In this document: in pieces, positions 39,274 to 47,506 of the stretch | How positions within the stretch are numbered: the stretch's first letter is position 1 | How the letters are laid out: the number at the start of each line of letters is the position of its first letter | IMG/VR virus record: IMGVR_UViG_3300032312_002037 | Span: 1 to 64,000 of that record | Strand: one strand, 5' to 3' | Origin: a virus | Lineage: Duplodnaviria; Caudoviricetes | Length of the DNA: 64,000 bases | Made by a program: the position numbers and the translations under genes | The notes under the pieces: model-generated | Told to the model about the DNA's origin: nothing | The model's input: only the letters and a program-made list of their open reading frames with translations | Database searches by the model: none

Positions 39274-39789
39274 TTAATTAATCAATAATAATCCTAGTAC
39301 CAATCCTATGATAGCAACTCCTCCACCGAGACCACCAACAACCATTTTGGTTTTCATTTTTCTTAATTGTAAACTTTTTTCGTCAATAACTTGTTGTCTA
39401 TTAGCAACTTCACTTTCAAGAATAAGAATCTTTTTAAGATAAGAAGCAACCTCTCCTTGTAATGCTTTAATCTGTAAATCTTTATTATTAATAGATTCTT
39501 TCAATTTAGCAATTTCCATTTTCTGTGAAGCAATTACTTGTTCTTTATCATTGATAACTTTAACACAAACTGAATCATATTGACCAATCTGAGTACTTTG
39601 CTTTTCTAAAAGATTCAATAAATCAGTACTATTGTCAAGTGACTGTGCTTGTTCAATAGTCATTACAATAACTTGCTGACCATTTGAATCTGTTTCAAAT
39701 TTTGGATAATCTATTTTAGCTTGTGAGTATTGTGAGTAAGCACTTAAACTCAACACTAAACCAACTATAAGTGATAAAAACTTTTTCAT
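39274..39789 (-). CDS. Exported coiled-coil protein with a C-terminal TM (spanin-like candidate)
   Basis: Signal peptide, coiled coil and C-terminal hydrophobic helix. Confidence 0.55.
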   Translation of the reverse strand: MKKFLSLIVGLVLSLSAYSQYSQAKIDYPKFETDSNGQQVIVMTIEQAQSLDNSTDLLNLLEKQSTQIGQYDSVCVKVINDKEQVIASQKMEIAKLKESINNKDLQIKALQGEVASYLKKILILESEVANRQQVIDEKSLQLRKMKTKMVVGGLGGGVAIIGLVLGLLLIN

Positions 39790-39790
39790 A

Positions 39791-40207
39791 TTAATTTTTT
39801 GTTTTATTTTTTAATGATTCTAAAAGAGCATCTCCTGTTCTATTAGGAGGATTATTCTTAATCTCTTTAATCTTACGTTGAGTTTCCGCTAAATTACCTC
39901 TTAACTTATCTAAATTGGCTTTAGATTTACTAGCTTCAATTTCAGCTTTCTTAGTCTGAGCTTCTTGTTTAGCTAATTCAGCTTGTAATTTAATATCTAA
40001 CTGTCTAAGACTATCAGACTTTGCTCTCCAAGATGTTATTTCTAAATCAACTGCTTTCTTTTGGTTTTCTAAATCTTTGAATTCTTGTTTCAATTGTTTA
40101 ACTCTTTCTTTTGATGCTTTATCATCAGAAAAAAACCACTTAAAACCAAATAAAAGTGTTAATCCAAGTAATACTAATATCAAAATTGACTTAATGTCTA
40201 ATTTCAT
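39791..40207 (-). CDS. N-anchored coiled-coil membrane protein (i-spanin/Rz-like candidate)
   Basis: N-terminal TM followed by a long coiled coil. Confidence 0.55.
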   Translation of the reverse strand: MKLDIKSILILVLLGLTLLFGFKWFFSDDKASKERVKQLKQEFKDLENQKKAVDLEITSWRAKSDSLRQLDIKLQAELAKQEAQTKKAEIEASKSKANLDKLRGNLAETQRKIKEIKNNPPNRTGDALLESLKNKTKN

Positions 40208-40313
40208 AAAAACTTCTTATTTTTGAAATATATATTATTTTACTAAACCGACCTTTTATTTTTGAGAAATTTTATATATATTTGTAAATAATTTAAAAGC
40301 AAGAAACTAAAAT

Positions 40314-40832
40314 ATGAGCTACAAAAGATTAATATCATTCGACTTCGACGATACATTATGTCACACACCAAAGCCTGAAGAAGGTGAGAAAGTCTGGCTA
40401 GAAAAAACAGGAACTGTTTGGCCCTATAACGGATGGTGGGGTCGTCCTGAGAGCATCGATCCTGAAATCTTTTACGTTCCACTAAATCAATGGGTATATG
40501 CTAAATATTTAGAAGCAGTAGCTGATACCGATAACTATGTTATATTAGCAACAGGTCGTCTTAAAAAGAAAGAAGGCATGCTTGATAATGTTATGAAGAT
40601 TCTAAATCAACACAATTTATCATTTGATGAGGTTCACTTAAACTGGGGTGGTGATACATACAACTTCAAAACTAAATTGTTTGAAGAGAAAATCGAAGAA
40701 CTTGGTGTAAAAGAATTTATACTTTTTGACGATAGACACGAGCATCTAATTAAGTTTGAAGAATGGGCTGAGGAACAACATGTGAATGTAACAGTAATAG
40801 ATGTTATAAATAAAACCACTAAGAATTTTTAA
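40314..40832 (+). CDS. HAD-family phosphatase (Swiss-Army-Knife RNA-repair-like HAD)
   Basis: SFDFDDTL, ATGR, FDDRHEH motifs; TATATTTG box at 40277-40284. Confidence 0.75.
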   Translation: MSYKRLISFDFDDTLCHTPKPEEGEKVWLEKTGTVWPYNGWWGRPESIDPEIFYVPLNQWVYAKYLEAVADTDNYVILATGRLKKKEGMLDNVMKILNQHNLSFDEVHLNWGGDTYNFKTKLFEEKIEELGVKEFILFDDRHEHLIKFEEWAEEQHVNVTVIDVINKTTKNF

Positions 40833-40872
40833 GATGATAGAAAGGAGCACTTTTTAATATATAAATAAAAAA

Positions 40873-41529
40873 GTGCTCATGAATTTAGACGAAAGAAAAG
40901 AAAAGAAAAGATTATATGATAAGGAATATCGAAGAAAGAATAGAGAAAGATTAAATAAACAAAAAAAAGAGTGGTCTAAAAAAAATCCCGATAAAATGGA
41001 GGAAATTAGACAAAAAAATAAAGAATCTAAGAAAATAAAAGATAAAGAATATGCTATAAAAAATAAAGAAAAATTAAATAAAATAAAAAAAGAGTGGTCA
41101 AAAAATAACCAAGACAAAGTAAAAAAAGCTAATTCAAAGTATCATAAAGATAAAATGAAGACTGATAGCTTATATAAGTTAAGGCATGTTATTTCTAGTA
41201 TAATCAGAGACTCTTTAAAAAGAAGTGGTTATTCTAAAAAATATAAAAGTGTAGAAATATTAGGATGTCAGATAGAGGAATTTAAAATACACATAGAATC
41301 TAAATTCGAACCTTGGATGAAATGGGAAAATTACGGCAATCCAATTGACGGAATATATGAAAAGAATAAAACCTGGGACATTGACCACATTAAACCACTA
41401 AGATGCGCATCAACAGAAGAAGATATAATATCATTAAATCACTATACAAATCTTCAACCTTTGTGTAGCTACTTTAATAGATTTATAAAAAGAGATAAAA
41501 CAACAAAAGAAACAAACTTCTCAAAATAA
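40873..41529 (+). CDS. HNH-type homing endonuclease (endonuclease VII-like)
   Basis: Basic repeats, then WDIDHIKP..NHYTNLQPL..N..K. Confidence 0.85.
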   Translation: MLMNLDERKEKKRLYDKEYRRKNRERLNKQKKEWSKKNPDKMEEIRQKNKESKKIKDKEYAIKNKEKLNKIKKEWSKNNQDKVKKANSKYHKDKMKTDSLYKLRHVISSIIRDSLKRSGYSKKYKSVEILGCQIEEFKIHIESKFEPWMKWENYGNPIDGIYEKNKTWDIDHIKPLRCASTEEDIISLNHYTNLQPLCSYFNRFIKRDKTTKETNFSK

Positions 41530-41559
41530 TATATAATACTCAGAAAAATAAAATAATTT

Positions 41560-41844
41560 ATGGCAACAATTACTAAAAAGAAGACCGAATCAAAGGTAGA
41601 AGAAATTTTATCAAAACCATATAAGTTGATTCTACACAATGATGATTACAATACATTTGATTGGGTTATTACATGTTTAATGAAAATTTGTAAACATGAA
41701 AATGAACAAGCTAATCAATGTGCTCACATCATACACTATAACGGAAAATGTGATGTTAAATACGGAGACATTGAAACTATCTCAAATATGAAAGACAAGT
41801 TAAGGAATGCTGGTTTAAGTGCTACAATGGAATCTAACGATTAA
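41560..41844 (+). CDS. clpS: ATP-dependent Clp protease adaptor ClpS
   Basis: YKLILHNDDYNTFDWV..AHIIHYNGKCDVKYG. Confidence 0.92.
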   Translation: MATITKKKTESKVEEILSKPYKLILHNDDYNTFDWVITCLMKICKHENEQANQCAHIIHYNGKCDVKYGDIETISNMKDKLRNAGLSATMESND

Positions 41845-41871
41845 TCAAAAAGACACAGAAATGTGTCTTTT

Positions 41872-44019
41872 TTATTTACCAAACCAATTAGTACCATTTC
41901 CACCAAAGCCATTGTTATTGGCTTTGAATCTATTCAATTGTTGTTTTCTTATCTTTAGAACTTGACCATAGTCAACTCCTTCAACATAGTCCATATTTTT
42001 TAAGGACTCATTAACATAAGACATAAATTCTTTATCAACAAACTTACTAGACCACTCTTCTACCATTTCAGTAAAGTCGTGTCTACCAAAAACTGTAGTA
42101 GCATTAACAATGGTCATTACTGTATCATCATGTCCCACATCTGCCGCATATCTTGTATTACCAGCTGATGTAGTATGTTTGACAAATGTTGTGATTTCCC
42201 TAATATTATCTTCATTGGTAATAACAAATCCCTTACTTTGCATCAATTCTTGATAATCTTTAACCATCATATTCTTATTCTCACCCACTTTTAAACCCAC
42301 TTTTTCTTCAGTAGCATCGGCTCTGTGTTTATATCTAACAAATACGGACGAACCATAGTTATTATTACCATCAAAGACGTGAGGTAATTCAGCAAATAAA
42401 GTATTACCGTAGTTATTTAACTCGACAACCACTTTGCAGTTATCAGGATTCAAATATTCAAACACAATCATATAAAGCAACTCAGCTAATTGCTTAACAG
42501 ATATGTAATTATTTCTATAAATACCAACTTGTTCTAATCTAAAGAAATCAACAACAGACTTATAATTATTTTTTTGCATCTCTATTAAATCTTTTGATTT
42601 CTCAGAAACTCTAAATATGTTTATAATAGAGTAATCTTGACCAAGACCTTCAGAAATATCAACAGATATAACCATTTTATAATCTTTTCTCATAAGAGGT
42701 AAAAAACTATCATCATCATCAACCCACTTTAAGTCTGTATAACTAAATTTTAATTTTTTATCAAATTCAAATATAGGCTCATGTAGATAGTTCTTTTTAT
42801 TCTTCAACAAATCATCAATGATTGCCTCATTTAATAATGACTTAGAAGCATTGATAAATCTTAAACCATACTCTTGGTTGAAAGCATCTTCACCACCAAT
42901 ATCCTTAATAGCTTCTTCTTTCCAAGTTGTTACTTCAGCAATAGCCATAATAGGAACTTCAAATCCATTCTTATCAATAAAAGTAAGTTTTTTAACATCT
43001 TCATCTGTACATTTATCATCATTAAAGATGTTGATAACATCTTTTAGTAAATCCATGTTATATTCCATAAAGACTTTTGTTTGGTTACCCCACTTCTGAT
43101 TAACTAAATCAAATATCTCTTCTTTAGTTACACCATATTCATACATCTTATGAGGATTAAGTCTTATATAAGTAACAAAACGACCAGGCACTTGATACCA
43201 GTAAACTCTCATTGGTTTATAGTTATTCTTCATTGGATCACCCTCAGGTCTTTCAGCATCAGTTAATAATCTATGGAATAGATTCATACCATTTGGAGTA
43301 GAGGTGATAATAATTTTTGAGTTTTGAACAGCAGCAGTCGTTGGAAAAGCGGCAGTGTAGTAAGGCTCAATGATATTTGAAGGAATGTGAGCAAACTCAT
43401 CTAAGTAAAGTACGTCAATAGTAAAACCAATAGCTGGAGTCTTTGTTCTAGCTGATGTTTTAATTCTACACCCGTTCTCAAATGTTAGTGACTTTTGATT
43501 CCAAGTTTTAATACCTGGCTTTAAAAAGAAAGGTAATAATGAATAGATTGATTTAATCTTATCAACAATCTCAACAGCTGTATCACCTTTGTTGGCTACA
43601 ATCATTATATTCTTATCATTATCAAATAGAATTTTATGCAACATGAAAATAGAAGATGAGATTGTTTTACCAACCTGACGAGATGCCATTAAAATACTAA
43701 ATCTATTATTAACAAAACTATCAAGCATCTCTTTTTGATAATCTCTCAGTTTAATAGAACCAATAGAACCATCTTCTCTTTTTACTTTACAATATTTTTC
43801 TACAAAGTAATGAACATCTAAGGCACATCTAACGTATTCTTGTTGTTCATCAGCGGTCATCCTAAATGAAACACCAGCTCTTCTCAAGCCAACTTCACTC
43901 TTTAACCAAGGATTCTGATATCTTTTAATGACTATACCATCGTTAATCTTATCAGTAGCCTCGCCTACTAATTTGGTCGTAAAAACCATTTGTCTTTCTT
44001 GTTGTGGAGCAAATGCCAT
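41872..44019 (-). CDS. Terminase large subunit (T4 gp17-like)
   Basis: SRQVGKT, LYLDEFA, ITSTPNG, nuclease VDISEG...HDDTVM. Confidence 0.95.
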   Translation of the reverse strand: MAFAPQQERQMVFTTKLVGEATDKINDGIVIKRYQNPWLKSEVGLRRAGVSFRMTADEQQEYVRCALDVHYFVEKYCKVKREDGSIGSIKLRDYQKEMLDSFVNNRFSILMASRQVGKTISSSIFMLHKILFDNDKNIMIVANKGDTAVEIVDKIKSIYSLLPFFLKPGIKTWNQKSLTFENGCRIKTSARTKTPAIGFTIDVLYLDEFAHIPSNIIEPYYTAAFPTTAAVQNSKIIITSTPNGMNLFHRLLTDAERPEGDPMKNNYKPMRVYWYQVPGRFVTYIRLNPHKMYEYGVTKEEIFDLVNQKWGNQTKVFMEYNMDLLKDVINIFNDDKCTDEDVKKLTFIDKNGFEVPIMAIAEVTTWKEEAIKDIGGEDAFNQEYGLRFINASKSLLNEAIIDDLLKNKKNYLHEPIFEFDKKLKFSYTDLKWVDDDDSFLPLMRKDYKMVISVDISEGLGQDYSIINIFRVSEKSKDLIEMQKNNYKSVVDFFRLEQVGIYRNNYISVKQLAELLYMIVFEYLNPDNCKVVVELNNYGNTLFAELPHVFDGNNNYGSSVFVRYKHRADATEEKVGLKVGENKNMMVKDYQELMQSKGFVITNEDNIREITTFVKHTTSAGNTRYAADVGHDDTVMTIVNATTVFGRHDFTEMVEEWSSKFVDKEFMSYVNESLKNMDYVEGVDYGQVLKIRKQQLNRFKANNNGFGGNGTNWFGK

Positions 44020-44068
44020 ATTTTAGGAAAAGATATTTTTTAATATATATTGTAAAAAACCACCTTCT

Positions 44069-44707
44069 ATGTCAAAAACAGAGAATGAAAGAAATAGAAT
44101 CAAAGATGAATTCGATGAAATCCAGTCGGAGAGTGGCGAATTCGATATAAGTAAACACCTCGCTAGACCTGAAGATTTACCAGATTTAGGTGAAATTGAA
44201 ATCTACGATTATGACTCAGATATGACAGTTGCTAGCCAACAGTCTATGGAAGTATTAGAATCGCTTATTGATTTATATCTAAGTGATGTACCTCAATTAA
44301 AAGAACATCCTTATATTAGAAATAAAATGAAAGAAGATGCTAAAGTTTATGCTGAAACAATCTTCTTATCAAAAATGACTAGAAAGAACTTCTTATCACA
44401 ATTAAGACAAGTTGACAATGGTGATAACTCCGCTAGAATGCATGAAGTTGTCAATCAAACAATTGGTCAAATTAGAGAAAACTCTAAATTTTCATCCACA
44501 CAAAGAACTGAACTTGAAAAATTCTATAAAGGATTAAGAAAAGATTTAGGTCTTAATGAAATTGAAAACCCTGAAGTCATAAAAGCTCAAAATATAGCGG
44601 CTGAAGAATCAGCAGGTCAGTCAGTAGGCGGTGGAGAAATAATGGATAATAGAAAGCTTAATGATTTAATTAAGAACGCTATGATTAGTAAAGAAAAAGA
44701 TAAGTAA
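44069..44707 (+). CDS. Helical hypothetical protein (possible terminase small subunit)
   Basis: 212 aa, divergent from terL; the assignment is positional only. Confidence 0.4.
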   Translation: MSKTENERNRIKDEFDEIQSESGEFDISKHLARPEDLPDLGEIEIYDYDSDMTVASQQSMEVLESLIDLYLSDVPQLKEHPYIRNKMKEDAKVYAETIFLSKMTRKNFLSQLRQVDNGDNSARMHEVVNQTIGQIRENSKFSSTQRTELEKFYKGLRKDLGLNEIENPEVIKAQNIAAEESAGQSVGGGEIMDNRKLNDLIKNAMISKEKDK

Positions 44708-44708
44708 G

Positions 44709-45554
44709 TTATCTCCATTTGAAACTTTCAAAAACTGTTATTAAATTACTAAATTGAATATCCACTTTTGTAGTTACAAATCTATTTACTTTATTATTAG
44801 TAATATAGTTAACATACAATGTATGTTTCTTAGACTTTAACTCTTCTTTGATATTCTCTTTGATATTAGCATCACTGTTTGATGATAGAACTGTTAAAAC
44901 TCTATTGGATTCTTTTGCTAGTTTTATAACATTTTCCTCATCATCATAGAAGAATAGCTCTTCATATTTGTTCAATACTTCATCAGTGAATTTATCACCT
45001 TCAGTTTTTAGACCAACAATATGTTGTAGCAACAATCTAACTTTCTTATGAGAAATGTCATCAGAACTTCTATTATAGAAAGTCTCAGAGATATAGTAAA
45101 ACTTCTTTATAAACAAACCATTCTCTTTTAACTTATCTTCTATTTTAGAAATCATTAACTCATAGTTTGTTTTATTATTCTTTGAGCATATTACATAGAT
45201 ATCATCATCTGTGTTTTTTAGATGTAAAACATTTTCTAAATTAATAGTATATTCTAAATTTTCTATTAATTCTTTATTCATAAACTCCTGCATAGAAAAA
45301 GCAAGATCAGAGATATCAGCTCTATAATTTTTTGCTTTGATTTTTAACTTCTCAAACATCTCTGTTGGAATCCAATAAGTATGACCACCAAAGTCAATAG
45401 AATTACCATGACTCTTGTAAATGCCTCTTTTAATCAAATTAAAATCTGATTCTGATATTTTCATAATAGGTAGATTTGGTTTAGTTTTATCAACTATCCA
45501 AACCTGACTATTAGTATTCAATATTGTGTCTAAGTCAAAAAAATGTGCTTTCAT
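44709..45554 (-). CDS. HAD-like protein (degenerate motif I)
   Basis: HFFDLDTI and FFYDDEEN motifs. Confidence 0.6.
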   Translation of the reverse strand: MKAHFFDLDTILNTNSQVWIVDKTKPNLPIMKISESDFNLIKRGIYKSHGNSIDFGGHTYWIPTEMFEKLKIKAKNYRADISDLAFSMQEFMNKELIENLEYTINLENVLHLKNTDDDIYVICSKNNKTNYELMISKIEDKLKENGLFIKKFYYISETFYNRSSDDISHKKVRLLLQHIVGLKTEGDKFTDEVLNKYEELFFYDDEENVIKLAKESNRVLTVLSSNSDANIKENIKEELKSKKHTLYVNYITNNKVNRFVTTKVDIQFSNLITVFESFKWR

Positions 45555-45835
45555 TATAATTTATAATTTGTTACTTTGTATTTCATTTCATGAGGCATAC
45601 CATCAAATCTAGAACCCTCATATTCTTTAGTCTTCCACTCTATACCACCACTTAACTCAGTGGCAAAACTTCTACATTTTGGACACTCTTTTGGTGCTAT
45701 CTTTTGAACTTGACCTAGAACATTATCAATCTTAGATGATCTAATATCATTTTTTACTTCAACCATATCAGCCTCTGTATAATAGAAATGTCCTTTACAC
45801 CAAGGATTACCGCAAATTTTTTTTATCTTTTCCAT
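45554..45835 (-). CDS. Small Zn-finger protein
   Basis: CGNPWC..CPKC. Confidence 0.7.
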   Translation of the reverse strand: MEKIKKICGNPWCKGHFYYTEADMVEVKNDIRSSKIDNVLGQVQKIAPKECPKCRSFATELSGGIEWKTKEYEGSRFDGMPHEMKYKVTNYKL

Positions 45836-45897
45836 AAAGTATATATTAAATAAAAAATCTCGTCATTTCTAACGAGATTTTTTATCTTTTATATTTC

Positions 45898-46365
45898 TTA
45901 GTATTTTATCATACTCCTACTTATTGCAAAATTATAAAGTATTGGTAAGTTTAGATATTTCATAAATCCATTTCTTATATCTAATAACGTTTTTGATTTT
46001 TTAACTATATTAATTATTAAAAATCCAAATTCTTCTTGGAATTCTAAGTAACAATCACACCAAGGTTGATTATAATGGTCTAGTGAGTTCCATTCTTTGT
46101 ATCCACCAGATAGCCAGTATAAAGCTTTTTCAGGGGTTATATTTTCATAAATCATTTTTTTGTCTATTGTCGTATTCCAAATTGGATCATTCCAGTCAGA
46201 TTTTCTCATTAATATTGATACTGCTTCCGCCAAATCTGATGTCATTTCTGGTCCAATCTCAAAGAAGTACTCGTTTCCTTCTTTTGTCACTCTCAACTCC
46301 TTCTGATTCAAAATTTCATTAGCTTCTTGTTTTTTAACTCCAAAAGCAACTCTTTTTCTCTTCAT
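45898..46365 (-). CDS. Hypothetical protein
   Basis: 155-aa ORF followed by a terminator hairpin at about 45852-45882. Confidence 0.7.
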   Translation of the reverse strand: MKRKRVAFGVKKQEANEILNQKELRVTKEGNEYFFEIGPEMTSDLAEAVSILMRKSDWNDPIWNTTIDKKMIYENITPEKALYWLSGGYKEWNSLDHYNQPWCDCYLEFQEEFGFLIINIVKKSKTLLDIRNGFMKYLNLPILYNFAISRSMIKY

Positions 46366-46383
46366 AATAATTTGTGTTAATTT

Positions 46384-46677
46384 TTATATCTGTGTAAGAT
46401 TAATACCGCTTAGCCATTTCCCTCTGAAATTGCCGCTTTCCCATATACCATTTTCAAAGTTTCCATAAAAGTTTCCTTTTTTAAATATACCGTAGTACCA
46501 GTCGCCTGTATAGAAACTACCATTGTTCCATATAAGTGTGTTATTTTTTATTTCTAATTGAGCATTCTCAATCTCTGAGTCAATAAGCCAATAGAATTTC
46601 TCTTTAAGAAGGATATCGTGTATCTCATTAGCATTTGTGTATGTCTTACCACGATAGTTTAGTTCTGAATATCTCAT
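46384..46677 (-). CDS. GxW/GxF pentapeptide-repeat protein
   Basis: WNNGSFYTGDWYYGIFKKGNFYGNFENGIWESGNFRGKW. Confidence 0.7.
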   Translation of the reverse strand: MRYSELNYRGKTYTNANEIHDILLKEKFYWLIDSEIENAQLEIKNNTLIWNNGSFYTGDWYYGIFKKGNFYGNFENGIWESGNFRGKWLSGINLTQI

Positions 46678-46843
46678 AATAAAATATGAATTTGTATGAC
46701 TTATATATTCTATTTTTTTATTATCAAATAGACAATCGTGGATTTTGTTAAAATTTTTAAGGTGGGTAAAAAAAATATATTTAAAATAAAAAAACCGAAC
46801 AATATGTTCGGTTTTTTAAGAATATGCAAAAAAGTGATTTTTT

Positions 46844-47320
46844 TTATTTACTATGGGTGTTCAAAAATTCTAATTCTCTCTTAGTCAAAGAGGCCATACC
46901 AGTAGCAGAAATCTTATCAAGGATATCATCTACATATAAATCAACACTACCAATTAAGTCTTCGATAAAGACATTACTAACTTCGTTAGTTTTAGCCACT
47001 TTTCTTTTAGTTTGAGCTGGAGTTTTTGGAACTTCTACAGCTTTGATATCTCTAACATCACTATACTCAACATTAAAAGATTGAAAAGAATATACAAACT
47101 CACAAACATCAGCAGTAATAGCATATACTAAGTAAGTCTTTTGGTCTAAATTAACAAACCAGATTTTTTTATACTTCTCGCTTAATTCAGATAAGTAGTC
47201 ACTGCTAATAGAAAGATAGTCAGCGATAAATACAAGTCTTGTGTTAGAAAACTTTTTACCATGTTTGTTTCTCAATTCTAAGTGAACTATTTTGTTGATG
47301 TCAATATTCATAGCTTTCAT
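46844..47320 (-). CDS. Hypothetical early protein
   Basis: Ends DDILDKISATGMASLTKRELEFL; start reassigned to MKAM downstream of the promoter. Confidence 0.7.
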   Translation of the reverse strand: MKAMNIDINKIVHLELRNKHGKKFSNTRLVFIADYLSISSDYLSELSEKYKKIWFVNLDQKTYLVYAITADVCEFVYSFQSFNVEYSDVRDIKAVEVPKTPAQTKRKVAKTNEVSNVFIEDLIGSVDLYVDDILDKISATGMASLTKRELEFLNTHSK

Positions 47321-47344
47321 TTTATAGTGGTTTATTTTGTTATA

Positions 47345-47376
47345 CAAATATAAGAATAATTTAGTTAACTTACAAA
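47345..47376 (-). promoter_or_regulatory. Bacteroidota-type primary-sigma promoter
   Basis: Minus strand TTTG-N20-TATATTTG. Confidence 0.75.
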
Positions 47377-47506
47377 TTTTATTTATTTTATTTGTTTTTG
47401 TTCTATCTAAACTCTTATCTTATACAAAGATAAGGATAATTATTCATTTTAAGTATTTTTCAGTAAAAGTTTTTTAATATATAAGTTCAAAAAATTACAT
47501 AAATTT

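Noticed and set aside
41872-44019. Intein or intron in the long terminase
   Set aside because: The ~90-aa insert after WYQVPGR lacks C/S...HN intein ends and the frame is continuous.
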